DNA from: Chloroflexota bacterium
GTDB taxonomy: Bacteria > Chloroflexota > Dehalococcoidia > Lucifugimonadales > JADFKI01
Reading direction: 5' to 3'
Length of the DNA: 64,000 bases
NCBI GenBank assembly: GCA_027623195.1
Contig: JAQBUT010000006.1
Coordinates: 57,616 to 121,615 of the forward strand
Shown here piece by piece: positions 19,852-30,111 of this stretch (its first letter is position 1; each line of letters starts with the position of its first letter). The translations under genes and the position numbers were made by a program. Below the pieces are notes generated by a model. It was not told the origin of the DNA. It saw only the letters and a program-made list of their open reading frames with translations, and did not search any database.

Positions 19852-20516
19852 TGTTTCCGCAAAACATAAACACCGTCATATTCGACTTCGACTACACGCT
19901 GGCGGACTCGTCGCCCGGCATTATCGAGTCGGTGAATTACGCCATGTCCCAATTGGGCCTGCCCGCGTCTACCCCGGAAGCCATCCGTAGAACTATCGGC
20001 CTCTCTCTCACGGAGACGTTGAAGGCCCTGGCCAGTCCAGAGCATGGACACCTCGAAGAGGCCTTCGAAGCCCACTTCATAGTGCGGGCGGATGAGGTGA
20101 TGACGGATGCCACCCGGCTGTTCGGCTTCGTGCCTGATACCGTTCGTGCACTGTCGGAACGAGGTTTCAATCTGGGCATCGTTTCGTCCAAATACCGGCG
20201 ACGTATCGAAAGCGTGCTGGATCGAGAGAGCCTAAGAGACCTATTCAGCATTATCATCGGCGGCGAAGATGTGGCCGCGTTCAAGCCTGACCCTGCCGGA
20301 CTCATCTCGGCCACCGAGAGGCTCTCATCCACACCTGCCAATGTCCTGTATGTGGGAGACAGCCTCACAGACGCCGAGACCGCCCGACGTGCCTCCGTGC
20401 CCTTTATTGCGGTCCTCTCCGGTGTTACGGAACGACACGAGTTCTCGGGTCACCCGGTCCAACACGTAATTGGCAACGTTGCGGAATTACCAGCCATTCT
20501 TTCCGACATGATATAG
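19851..20516 (+). CDS. HAD-family hydrolase (phosphoglycolate phosphatase-like)
   Basis: FDFDYTL, KPDP, YVGDSLTD. Confidence 0.9.
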   Translation: MFPQNINTVIFDFDYTLADSSPGIIESVNYAMSQLGLPASTPEAIRRTIGLSLTETLKALASPEHGHLEEAFEAHFIVRADEVMTDATRLFGFVPDTVRALSERGFNLGIVSSKYRRRIESVLDRESLRDLFSIIIGGEDVAAFKPDPAGLISATERLSSTPANVLYVGDSLTDAETARRASVPFIAVLSGVTERHEFSGHPVQHVIGNVAELPAILSDMI

Positions 20517-20608
20517 TAAGGCACGCCTTGACGGACAGGCGTAGGGTGCGCTCTCCATCGTCCCGATTCGACGACCTAAATCTGTATTCCATTAATCAGG
20601 ATGTAGAA

Positions 20609-21922
20609 ATGACCTTCAATAACATCGATCTTTTTCCGTTTACAACTTCCGTAAATGAGGACGACCACCTGACCATCGGCGGCTGTGATGTTGCCCAACT
20701 GGCAGCCGAGTTCGGCACGCCTCTTTACATCTACGACGATGCCACCCTGCGCGGGATGTGCCGCGAGTTCATATCGGAGTTCACCAGCCGATATCCAGGG
20801 GCTCGCGTGGCGTATGCGTCCAAGGCATTCGTGAATCCGGCCATCGCCCGGGTGGTTGCAGAGGAGGGCATGAGCCTGGACATCGTTTCCGGCGGAGAGC
20901 TGGCCGTTGCCAAGACGGTTGATTTCCCGGCGGACCGCATCTACTTCCACGGCAACAACAAGACGCCTGAAGAGCTCGAGTTCGCGCTGGAGTACGGCGT
21001 AGGCCAGATCGTAGTGGACAGCTTCCATGAGCTGACAACATTGGACGCCATCGCGGGCAGCCGAGGACAGCGGCAGGACATCATGCTAAGGCTATCTCCA
21101 AGCGTGGACCCGCACACCCACGTCGCCACCACCACGGGCATTCTGGACAGCAAGTTCGGCTTTTCGGTGGAGACAGGAGACGCGGCGAAGGCCATCAGGC
21201 AGGCCATTAAAGCAACAAACCTTGATCTGGTGGGCATTCACTTTCACCTGGGCTCTCCGATTTTCGAGCTAGAGCCATACGCGCAGGGAATCGAGGTCAT
21301 CCTTAACTTCCTGGCCCAATTCAAGGAAGAGGGCTTGCAGCTTCGCGAATTCAGCCCTGGCGGCGGGTTCGCTATAGGCTACGTTCGGGACGAGCTGCCC
21401 CCGCCAATCGCCGACTACGCCGAGGTCATCGCCTCCACCACAAAGCGGTTCTGCGAAGAGCTAGGATTCGATCAGCCGCGACTCATCGTGGAGCCGGGAC
21501 GATCTATCGTAGGCAGGGCAGGCGTAGCCCTGTACACCGTCGGCGGTATCAAAGATATACCTACTGTTCGCAAGTACGTTTCGTTAGACGGCGGCATGGG
21601 CGACAACATCCGGCCTGCCATATATGGCTCTGAATACGAGGCCGTGCTGGCTAACAGAATGTCGGCCGTTCCCGAAGAGGTCGTTACGCTGGCTGGCAAG
21701 TACTGCGAGTCCGGCGACGTGCTGGTGCGCGACGTCAAGTTGCCGACAATCCAGTCCGGCGACCTGATCGCCATACCTTCATCGGGGGCATACGCGCCGT
21801 CCATGGCCAGCAACTACAACCTCAACGCCAGACCCGCCATGGTCATAGTTAAGGATGGCGAGGCCAAACTCATTCGGCGAAGGGAGACCTTCGAAGACAT
21901 GATGCGTGCCGATGTCTTTTAG
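20609..21922 (+). CDS. lysA: Diaminopimelate decarboxylase
   Basis: FGTPLY, YASKAF, HGNNK, SKFG, HFHLGS, EPGRS, CESGD, MASNYN. Confidence 0.95.
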   Translation: MTFNNIDLFPFTTSVNEDDHLTIGGCDVAQLAAEFGTPLYIYDDATLRGMCREFISEFTSRYPGARVAYASKAFVNPAIARVVAEEGMSLDIVSGGELAVAKTVDFPADRIYFHGNNKTPEELEFALEYGVGQIVVDSFHELTTLDAIAGSRGQRQDIMLRLSPSVDPHTHVATTTGILDSKFGFSVETGDAAKAIRQAIKATNLDLVGIHFHLGSPIFELEPYAQGIEVILNFLAQFKEEGLQLREFSPGGGFAIGYVRDELPPPIADYAEVIASTTKRFCEELGFDQPRLIVEPGRSIVGRAGVALYTVGGIKDIPTVRKYVSLDGGMGDNIRPAIYGSEYEAVLANRMSAVPEEVVTLAGKYCESGDVLVRDVKLPTIQSGDLIAIPSSGAYAPSMASNYNLNARPAMVIVKDGEAKLIRRRETFEDMMRADVF

Positions 21923-22025
21923 AATTTTTGGGTAGAGCTTTCGGAATCTGTGCACCCAAAGTAGGGAACTGGCAGATTCGAGCAACTATCCAGCTGACGT
22001 TTAATCGAACAGTGGAGGTGTAGGC

Positions 22026-22775
22026 GTGAGACTTCAAGGCAAGGTCGCTCTGATAAGCGGAGGCGCCCGGGGCCTAGGCGCAGAAGAGGCCGGGCTATTC
22101 GCCCAAGAGGATGCTAGCGTTGTCATAGGCGACATCCTGGTGGAGGAAGGCAAACGCGTGGCGGCTCAGATTACAAAGGCGGGAGGCAACGCCAAGTTTG
22201 TGCGGCTGGATGCCACGTCGGAGGACGATTGGATTTCGGCCGTGAAGGCGACCAACAGCGAATTCGGCAGACTCGACATCCTTATAAACAACGCTGGGAT
22301 ATTCCAGCGGGCCACAGTGGCAGAGACCACCTCGGAGGGCTGGGACCGCGTAATGGACATCAACGCCAAAGGCGTATTCCTGGGAACGAAGGCGGCTATA
22401 CCAGCCATGAGGGCATCAGGCGGAGGGTCTATAGTAAACATCTCCTCCGTCGCCGGCATTATAGGCAGCCGCATGGCCACCGCCTACAACGCATCCAAGG
22501 GCGCGGTGCGTCTGCTTACAAAAACGACCGCAATCCAGTATGCCAAAGAGGGCATCCGATGCAACTCGGTCCACCCTGGGCTTACGGAGACCGACATGGC
22601 TCACGAGGTCTACCCTGAACAGGGCGAATACGAGACTAGTCGCGACCGCCCTCCGTTGGGCCGGCTTGGCAGGCCCATAGACGTTGCTTACGGAGTGCTT
22701 TTTCTGGCGTCTGACGAATCGTCGTACATGACGGGCAGTGAGTTGATTATCGACGGTGGCATCACAGCCCAGTAG
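22026..22775 (+). CDS. SDR, close paralog of 7654-8403
   Basis: Shares NAKGVFLGTKAAIPAMR, AYNASKGAVRLLTKTTAIQYA, LFLASDESSYMTGSEL blocks. Confidence 0.92.
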   Translation: MRLQGKVALISGGARGLGAEEAGLFAQEDASVVIGDILVEEGKRVAAQITKAGGNAKFVRLDATSEDDWISAVKATNSEFGRLDILINNAGIFQRATVAETTSEGWDRVMDINAKGVFLGTKAAIPAMRASGGGSIVNISSVAGIIGSRMATAYNASKGAVRLLTKTTAIQYAKEGIRCNSVHPGLTETDMAHEVYPEQGEYETSRDRPPLGRLGRPIDVAYGVLFLASDESSYMTGSELIIDGGITAQ

Positions 22776-22844
22776 CTTCGGAAATACGTTAGTAAAACGG
22801 CGGCGACATTGAGTAATCGCATAAAGCAGCAAGGAGATTTCCCC

Positions 22845-24236
22845 ATGAGCGAGATCATTTACCAGTCGGCGAAGCAGATAGCCCAGTCCATCAGGGAAAA
22901 GAAAGTCTCGGCATCTGAGGTACTGGAGGCCCACCTGTCTCGCATTGAGGAGGTTAATCCTGCCTTGAATGCTGTGGTGCAGTTCGCAACCGACAGGGCG
23001 CGCGCAGAGGCCAGGCAGGCCGACGACGCGTTGGCTCGCGGCGACAGCATAGGCCCTCTGCATGGGGTGCCCTTCACGCTGAAGGATTCTATCGACACTG
23101 AAGGCGTCATTACCACGGGCGGCACCATGGGCAGGGCCAACTTCGTGCCGGATGAAGACGCCACGGTAGCGGCTAGGCTCCGTAAAGCGGGGGCCATCCT
23201 CATGGGCAAGACCAATACCCCCGAGCTGACGCTGGCAGGCGAGACCAATAACCTGGTTTACGGCCAGACCAACAATCCCTTCGACGTAACGCGCACCACT
23301 GGCGGCAGTTCCGGCGGCGCAGGGGCCATTGTGACGACTGGCGGAGCGCCATTCGACATCGGCAGCGACACGGGCGGAAGCATTCGATACCCAACGCACT
23401 TTTGCGGCATCGCAGGCATCAAGCCCAACTCAGGCCGCGTGCCCAGGACAGGCCACATAGTGCCGTATGCTATGGGCGCGGTGGACTCCCTAACGCAAAA
23501 CGGCCCTATGGCAAGGTTCGTAGAGGACCTCTCCCTGATATTGCCCATAATCTCTGGCCCAGACTGGAAGGACCCTTATATCGTCCCTATGCCTTTAGGG
23601 GACCCGGCAGATGTTGAAATCGCCGGATTGCGAGTCTGTGTGTACACCGACAACGGCATCCAGACACCGACTGCCGAGACTATTGCGGCAGTAAACGCTG
23701 CAGCCAAGGCCCTATCCGACGCCGGCTTGGCGGTGACTGAAGACCTACCCAAGGTCATAACGGAAAACCCGGAAATCAGCAACGACCTGTCGGGCTCAGA
23801 CGGGCGCGCCTGGACACAACGCCTTTTGGATAAGTACGGAACCCGAGAGAGCCACCCGTGGCTGGTGCGACGCATGGCCAAGGCGAATCCGTTATCGGTT
23901 GGCGAATACTCAGCCATGCTGGAGAAGGTCGACACATTCCGCAGTGACATGCTCGCTTTCATGGAGAGCTACGACGTAATCATATGCCCCGTGGCCGCCT
24001 TCCCAGCGCTGCCTCACGGAATGTCGTTAGAAGACGAGTTCACCCCGGGCATGAGCTACACCGGAACCTACAACATCACCGGTTGGCCTGCTGCTGTGGT
24101 GCGATGTGGCACCTCTCCTGATGCGCTGCCCATCGGCGTGCAGATCGTGGCCCGGCCCTGGCGCGAGGATGTGGCGCTGGCCGTGGCACAGCACCTGGAA
24201 ACGGCGCTAGGCGGCTGGCAAAAGCCACCTATGTAG
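22845..24236 (+). CDS. Amidase signature family enzyme
   Basis: PLHGVPFTLKD, GKTNTPE, GGSSGG, GSDTGGSIR. Confidence 0.93.
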   Translation: MSEIIYQSAKQIAQSIREKKVSASEVLEAHLSRIEEVNPALNAVVQFATDRARAEARQADDALARGDSIGPLHGVPFTLKDSIDTEGVITTGGTMGRANFVPDEDATVAARLRKAGAILMGKTNTPELTLAGETNNLVYGQTNNPFDVTRTTGGSSGGAGAIVTTGGAPFDIGSDTGGSIRYPTHFCGIAGIKPNSGRVPRTGHIVPYAMGAVDSLTQNGPMARFVEDLSLILPIISGPDWKDPYIVPMPLGDPADVEIAGLRVCVYTDNGIQTPTAETIAAVNAAAKALSDAGLAVTEDLPKVITENPEISNDLSGSDGRAWTQRLLDKYGTRESHPWLVRRMAKANPLSVGEYSAMLEKVDTFRSDMLAFMESYDVIICPVAAFPALPHGMSLEDEFTPGMSYTGTYNITGWPAAVVRCGTSPDALPIGVQIVARPWREDVALAVAQHLETALGGWQKPPM

Positions 24237-24279
24237 TCCGGTTCAACGGCGGGACATCGTAAAGTTTTTTTACGAGCAT

Positions 24280-24341
24280 CCTTCGACAGGCTCAGAGCGA
24301 ACCTACCCACTGCTGATAGCGTTCACGGTGAGCCTGTCGAA
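24280..24341. repeat. REP-like inverted pair (CCTTCGACAGGCTCAG type)
   Basis: CCTTCGACAGGCTCAGAGCGAAC and GTTCACGGTGAGCCTGTCGAA between convergent genes. Confidence 0.7.
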
Positions 24342-24385
24342 ACATTGATCGCGCCAACCTTGTGTTGTAGGCGCAAACATACTGA

Positions 24386-25615
24386 CTAAAGTATCGCGCC
24401 TGCGTCCTGGAACCGCGTTATGTCGTCCCAATCGTAGCCAAGCTCGTCCACCAGTATGGCCTCAGTGTGCTGGCCCAACTCCGGCGCTTCCCTACGAATG
24501 CTGGCTGGAGTCTCGCTGAACGTCACCGGGAAATTGCACATCTGAATCGGTCCAAGAGCAGGATGATTGAAATCAGTAATGTAGTCGTTAGCTATAACCT
24601 GAGGGTCATCTTTTAGCTCTCCCACCGACTGTACCTTGGCGTAGATGAATCCCAACTCGCGGAAGATGGCGTCCCACTCCTTGAATGTCTTTGTGGCGAA
24701 CTGCTTATCCAGAATTACGACCAGCTCCGGCCCATGGTCACCTATTTGGTTTGGATCCCCCAGAACAGGGTCCTCCAACAAATAATCCAGCCCCATGGCC
24801 TTAACAAAATCCAGCCAATAGCGGGCAGGCTGAGGGTTCATTACCTGGATCCAAGCGCCTTCCTTACACTGGTAAAGGTTGGCCATTGGGTTTCGTGGCT
24901 TGGTGCGCTCGACTACCGATGAGTAGGCGCCGCCCAGCAAAGACATGCCCACGAAAAGGCCCTGCAGCCACATTGTGCTACTGAGGTGCGATACCTCCAC
25001 TTTTTGACCCACACCATCGCGAACGCGGGCCATCAGCGCCCCCAGAACTCCCAAGCAGAGCGTAATGCCACCAATCTGGTCCGATACTGCGGCCGCTACC
25101 TTATTCGGATGTTCTGCACCGGGAGGCGTCGCAGACATCATCAGGCCAGCCCGGGCCTGCCCACAACCGTCCAGCGATGGCAGATGGGCATCTGGTCCTT
25201 TGGATCCGAATCCTGAGGCCGAGCCGTATATCAGCCTGGGATTGATCTTCTTGAGAGTCTCGTAATCCATGCCCAGACGTTCGGCCACACCGTTGCGGAA
25301 GTTTTCGATGAAGACGTCTGCTTCTTTCACGAGCTTGTAGGCTATCTCCTTGCCCTCTTCGGTCTTGAGGTCCACAGCCAAGCCGCGTTTGTTGCGATTG
25401 CAAGTCTCGAAATAAGCGTTTCTCCCGCCCTCCAGAGTCACCATCGAACTGTTGAACGTGGCCAGAGCGCGGCCAACGTCACCATCCAGAGCCTCGATCT
25501 TTATTACGTCAGCGCCCATGTCGCCAAGCATAGAGGAGGCTACAGGTCCAAACTGCCACATCGTCCAGTCCAATACTTTGATACCCTCTAGCGGTCCATT
25601 CGCGTCCCCGGTCAT
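24386..25615 (-). CDS. CaiB/BaiF family III CoA-transferase
   Basis: PLEGIKVLD, LGDMGADVIKIE, NRNKR, ENFR, APELGQHT. Confidence 0.93.
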   Translation of the reverse strand: MTGDANGPLEGIKVLDWTMWQFGPVASSMLGDMGADVIKIEALDGDVGRALATFNSSMVTLEGGRNAYFETCNRNKRGLAVDLKTEEGKEIAYKLVKEADVFIENFRNGVAERLGMDYETLKKINPRLIYGSASGFGSKGPDAHLPSLDGCGQARAGLMMSATPPGAEHPNKVAAAVSDQIGGITLCLGVLGALMARVRDGVGQKVEVSHLSSTMWLQGLFVGMSLLGGAYSSVVERTKPRNPMANLYQCKEGAWIQVMNPQPARYWLDFVKAMGLDYLLEDPVLGDPNQIGDHGPELVVILDKQFATKTFKEWDAIFRELGFIYAKVQSVGELKDDPQVIANDYITDFNHPALGPIQMCNFPVTFSETPASIRREAPELGQHTEAILVDELGYDWDDITRFQDAGAIL

Positions 25616-25805
25616 TTGCCCACCTCATTTTATGTCTATTGGAATTTCCGACAGTTTAGCAGCATATATCAGGCAAGCCAACTGAACGATTGCTTATACG
25701 TTTATATCTATATAGGATTCTTAAGACCCCGCCACAGCCTTTATCTAAAGGTCCTCAGAAAAGTCCTCCGCTCACAACAGAGGGATAGAACTGAACAACT
25801 CCGTT

Positions 25806-26843
25806 TTGGACAATGATGAAGGGGAAGCTCAACCCCAAGGAATGGCTTTGCTGCCGCAATGGAACCGGCGGGCGTATGCAACATGGCTTCTATTAGCCCT
25901 TAACTTGCTGGTGTGGGTCGCTATGGAACTCAAGGGCGGCTCGCAGAACCAGGGCGTACTTCTCGCATTCGGAGCTATGTTTGGACCACTGATCGCCAGC
26001 GGCGAATACTGGCGTCTTTTCACCGCGATGTTCCTTCACGTGGGCGCCATGCACCTGATTTTCAATGGACTGGGGCTGCTGATCTTCGGAAAGCTGGCCG
26101 AGCGCACATTCGGGTTATCTAGGTTCGTAATCATCTACCTCCTGGCCGGGCTTTCGGGCAGTGTGGCCAGCTACGCTTTCAACGACATCGCCATAGGCGC
26201 AGGCGCCAGCGGGGCGATTTTCGGAATCCTGGGAGCGCTGGCAGCATTCTACCTGGTCCGACGAGACACTCTGGGGAAAATGGGCCGGCAGAACCTGGTC
26301 GGCCTGCTGATGATTGCCGCGTTCAATCTTATATTGGGATTCATCGTTGAAGGAATCGACAATTGGGCCCACATGGGCGGACTAGTCGGCGGCTTCCTGC
26401 TTGGCCTGGCCTTTGCACCCAATTACCAGACTTTGTCCAAAGGCTTCTTCGGACGCTCCTCCCGAATTGTGGATACTTCGTCCTTGGCCAAGCGCTGGTG
26501 GGTGGTCCCCCTGGCTCTGGTCGTCCTGGCAGTGGGGGCGAGAGTGGCTACATCAGGCGCGTCGGACGTGGCCCTGGCGCACACGCACGTCGTACAGGCG
26601 GAGAAGTACCTGAAGGAACAGGACTACGGTGAAGCCATGAAAGAGATAGAGCGTGCCATCGAGATGGACTCGTCCAACGGAGAGGCGTTCTACATTCGCG
26701 GGAAGATCATGGCAGAGCTAGGCAACACAGCGCAGGCAATCACAGACCTCAGCGCATCCTTGAGACTGGGCACTGACCCCGAAAGCAGGAGCGACGCCAT
26801 AGGTACCCTGGTCAGCTTACGAAGCAACAGCCGCGGTTACTAG
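25806..26843 (+). CDS. Rhomboid intramembrane serine protease with C-terminal TPRs
   Basis: WRLFTAMFLH, GASGAIFG (Ser), AHMGG (His); TPR-like A..IERAIEMD..AFYIRG. Confidence 0.9.
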   Translation: MDNDEGEAQPQGMALLPQWNRRAYATWLLLALNLLVWVAMELKGGSQNQGVLLAFGAMFGPLIASGEYWRLFTAMFLHVGAMHLIFNGLGLLIFGKLAERTFGLSRFVIIYLLAGLSGSVASYAFNDIAIGAGASGAIFGILGALAAFYLVRRDTLGKMGRQNLVGLLMIAAFNLILGFIVEGIDNWAHMGGLVGGFLLGLAFAPNYQTLSKGFFGRSSRIVDTSSLAKRWWVVPLALVVLAVGARVATSGASDVALAHTHVVQAEKYLKEQDYGEAMKEIERAIEMDSSNGEAFYIRGKIMAELGNTAQAITDLSASLRLGTDPESRSDAIGTLVSLRSNSRGY

Positions 26844-27553
26844 TCCCGGAAACGCAGGCCTACTTCGGCGTGCTCCAGCAGGCGGCCATTGCGGATCTCC
26901 TTCACCTCGTCTGCCATGGACAGCAGCGTGGAATCATGAGTAGCGGCGACCACGCTAATGCCTTGCTTGACCACCATGTCCTTGAATAAGCCAAAGATAG
27001 AGTGGGCGTTATTGGAGTCCAGTTCCCCTGTCGGCTCGTCGGCAAGAATGACGGATGGCCTGATGACTATGGCGCGGGCGATTGCGACGCGCTGCTGCTC
27101 TCCCCCGGACAGTTCATAAGGCCTGTGCTTGGCCCGATTCCACAGTCCCACGATCTCCAGGGCCTCTCGGGTGCGCTCCTCGCGCTCTCGGGTGCCGACG
27201 CCGGAAATACGTAGCGGCAACTCGACATTTTCCAACGCGGACAGCAACGGCAATAGACCAAAGGACTGGAACACGAACCCAATTCGATGCCTGCGAAGGT
27301 TCGTGAGGTCATCCTCGCTCATATTCGCCAGGTCGCGCTCCTCGAAGAGCACCTGCCCCCCGGACGGCTTGTCCAGACCGGCCATGATGTTAAGCAGTGA
27401 CGTTTTACCCGAGCCGGAGCGGCCCACCACCGCCACGAACTGACCGGGAAATATGTTGAGGCTGATGTCACGCAGGGCGTGCACCTCCTCCGAACCCAGC
27501 ATGTAGGTCCGGGAAAGGTCTACCGCCGCCAGCAGCCTCTGCACTCTTACCAA
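26840..27553 (-). CDS. ABC transporter ATP-binding protein (LolD/MacB type)
   Basis: GRSGSGKT, LSGGEQQR, ADEPTGELD. Confidence 0.93.
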   Translation of the reverse strand: MVRVQRLLAAVDLSRTYMLGSEEVHALRDISLNIFPGQFVAVVGRSGSGKTSLLNIMAGLDKPSGGQVLFEERDLANMSEDDLTNLRRHRIGFVFQSFGLLPLLSALENVELPLRISGVGTREREERTREALEIVGLWNRAKHRPYELSGGEQQRVAIARAIVIRPSVILADEPTGELDSNNAHSIFGLFKDMVVKQGISVVAATHDSTLLSMADEVKEIRNGRLLEHAEVGLRFRD

Positions 27554-27594
27554 GTTACCGCTCCACTGTTTTATTCAAAATATCCTACTGAGGC

Positions 27595-28482
27595 TTACTC
27601 ATCCGAGACTATCGTAACCTTGCCGTCTTCGATTCTCAGGCGGGCACGATCCTTAATATTAAGCTGGTCCAGCACATCTCTGGGAATTTGCACACGACCG
27701 CTGCCGTCCACCAGGATGAACTCTTCCAGTGGTTGATCGGTATCCGGCACACCGGACAGTCTTTGAAACGTAACCCTGCGCCTGACCTCAGTGGCCATCT
27801 TCCCGTCGCGGATCATCACCACCCTGCCGACCTTGTACGCGATGTCGGGATCGTGGGTCACAATGAGAATAGTGGTGCCCCTCTCACTGTTTATGGTGCC
27901 AAACAGGTCCAGAATCTCCGCGGCGGTGTTGTCGTCCAGTTCCCCTGTGGGCTCGTCGGCCAGAAGCAAGGGCGGGTTATTGGCCAGCGCTATGGCGATG
28001 GCCACACGCTGCTGCTCACCACCCGATAGCTTCTCTGGAGTGTGGCCCATGCGATGGCCAAGGCCAACCAGGTCCAGAAGTTCCTCGGCTCGGCTCTGGC
28101 GGCCGTCTGCGGATGTGTTAGTCAACATCATGGGTAGGGCTACGTTTTCTACGGCAGACAGGTAGGGAAACATGTTGCGACTGGTCTGTTGCCAGATGAA
28201 GCCAACCTCTTCCCTACGGTAAAGCTCGACCTCTTTTCCGGTCATCCTTAACAGGTCTTTGTCGCCAACGGTAACACGTCCGGCCGACGGCGCGTCGTAG
28301 CCTGCCAGTATGTTCAGCAGGGTACTTTTGCCGCTGCCGCTAGCGCCTACGATAGCGATAACTTCGCCGCGCTCCACGTTGAGGTCCAGGCCGCGCAAAG
28401 CCACGACTTCAAGATCAGCGATCTTGTATATCTTAAACAGGTCCTCGCACCGAATGTAGGCTCCCGTTTCGGGATAGGTCAT
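27595..28482 (-). CDS. ABC transporter ATP-binding protein with C-terminal AbrB/SpoVT-like extension
   Basis: GASGSGKS, LSGGEQQR, ADEPTGELD; tail VDGSGRVQIPRDVLDQLNI. Confidence 0.92.
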   Translation of the reverse strand: MTYPETGAYIRCEDLFKIYKIADLEVVALRGLDLNVERGEVIAIVGASGSGKSTLLNILAGYDAPSAGRVTVGDKDLLRMTGKEVELYRREEVGFIWQQTSRNMFPYLSAVENVALPMMLTNTSADGRQSRAEELLDLVGLGHRMGHTPEKLSGGEQQRVAIAIALANNPPLLLADEPTGELDDNTAAEILDLFGTINSERGTTILIVTHDPDIAYKVGRVVMIRDGKMATEVRRRVTFQRLSGVPDTDQPLEEFILVDGSGRVQIPRDVLDQLNIKDRARLRIEDGKVTIVSDE

Positions 28483-28811
28483 GTAGACTCCTGCGGGTCT
28501 GAGCTAAGTCCACCCATCATACCCGCATTCTCCTGACTGCCACAACAAGACTGGCGGCTAAGGCTACTGGCATTCTTCTACGTTGGGCAACGCGCAGATC
28601 AGCGTGACGAAATATGCCGGTCTCACCGTTTAATACGCCTGTTACGTCGTTCACGGATTCAGGTGAGGCGAGCGGATGGCGCTTTCAGTATCTCGACACT
28701 AGAGTTCCCAATCCCTCAAGATGAAATTCAAATCGTGCAATGTTATTCTATTCTCCGAACCGCACAAACGACCAAAAACGGTGTCAAATGACAAGCGGAG
28801 TAAGAGATTAG

Positions 28812-30005
28812 ATGGACTTCAAGCTCACGGAGGAACAGGAACAGATCGTTGAAAAGGCCAGGTGGTTGGCGGAGGAAAAGCTAGCCCCTCGCGCGCAGCA
28901 CTACGACAAGACCGGCACCCATCCCAAGGAAAGCTGGAACGACATCTGGGAGAGTGGGTTTTTAGGCATCGCCATACCGAAAGAGTTCGGTGGACTCGGT
29001 CTGGATATGCTGACCTACGCCCTTGTGATTGAGACTCTTACGCAGGGCTGCACCAGCACTGGCATGACGGTCCATATGCACTCCGTCGTGCAGCGGTTCA
29101 TCTCTGAACTGGGCACGCAAGAGCAGAAGGAGAAGTTCTACGCAGAGGTTATCGATGACGGCAGGGTCTTCGGCAGTTGGGGCAGCGAGCCCAATCGCCG
29201 TGGCGGCACCGGCGTTGGTGATACTGTTGTTTCCAAACGAGAGGGCGGCTACTACCTCAACGGTCGCAAGCATTTCTGCACCATGGCGGGCGCAACACGG
29301 CGAAGCATCGTGCACTCCACTATGGAGGGAATGGACTCCGTCAGCGGTTACATCCTTGCCATCCCATCTGAAGACGCTCCGGGGCAGACCATTGTTGGCG
29401 AGTGGGACGTTTTGGGGATGCGGGCTACCGTTAGCCCAGGGGTTGCATTCGAGAACTGCGAGTTGGCGGAGGACGAGATACTGGGCCAACCAGGCAGAGG
29501 CGACAAACTCGGCATCGGCCAAAGCTTCGGCCTGGGTTACGCCTCGGTTTACCTGGGCGCTGCTCAGAGAGCCCTGGACTTCGTGAAGGACTACTCCAAG
29601 ACGCACCGATTCGACCCGGAGCCTGTGCCGCTGTCTCACAGCCTGGTCGTCCAGCGCCGCGTGACCGAAATGACCATGGCCTTGGAGGGCGCACGCCTGT
29701 CGATCTACAAGGCGGCAAGCCTTTGGGCGGATGCTAATCCCTTCGAAAGGGCCGTGCTTTCTGCCAAGGCAAAATACATGGCCACCGAGGCCGCGCTAAT
29801 GGTTACGGAGAAGGCCATCCAGACCGTGGGCGGACGCAGCGCTCACGTAAGTATTCCGTTGGGGCGAATTTTCCGCGACGTGCGCACATGCACTCTTATG
29901 CCTCCCAACAGCGACAGGCAGATGGAGATCATAGGCAGGGCGGAGATGCAGGTGGACAGCGAGGGCGACGACATGCTCAGCCGCCTCACCCACTTCGTCT
30001 CTTAG
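28812..30005 (+). CDS. Acyl-CoA dehydrogenase-fold flavoprotein (possibly DszC/SfnB-like)
   Basis: MDFKLTEEQ, IPKEFGG, LNGRKHFCT, WDVLGMRATVS, RIFRDVR. Confidence 0.85.
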   Translation: MDFKLTEEQEQIVEKARWLAEEKLAPRAQHYDKTGTHPKESWNDIWESGFLGIAIPKEFGGLGLDMLTYALVIETLTQGCTSTGMTVHMHSVVQRFISELGTQEQKEKFYAEVIDDGRVFGSWGSEPNRRGGTGVGDTVVSKREGGYYLNGRKHFCTMAGATRRSIVHSTMEGMDSVSGYILAIPSEDAPGQTIVGEWDVLGMRATVSPGVAFENCELAEDEILGQPGRGDKLGIGQSFGLGYASVYLGAAQRALDFVKDYSKTHRFDPEPVPLSHSLVVQRRVTEMTMALEGARLSIYKAASLWADANPFERAVLSAKAKYMATEAALMVTEKAIQTVGGRSAHVSIPLGRIFRDVRTCTLMPPNSDRQMEIIGRAEMQVDSEGDDMLSRLTHFVS

Positions 30006-30111
30006 TTTCGTTTATAGCAAAGGTATCCGGGAAACGTCCCGATATTTACTTCCAGACTTTTGCATTTGCTGCTCTTTGCACTAAACAGAGAAGGCTAATG
30101 CAGAAAGCGAA

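Noticed and set aside
22416..23399. Long antisense ORFs (also 5526-6422, 6986-7669, 12786-13451, 28962-29639, 42171-42959)
   Set aside because: They shadow well-supported genes on the other strand and show no motifs; expected in GC-rich DNA.
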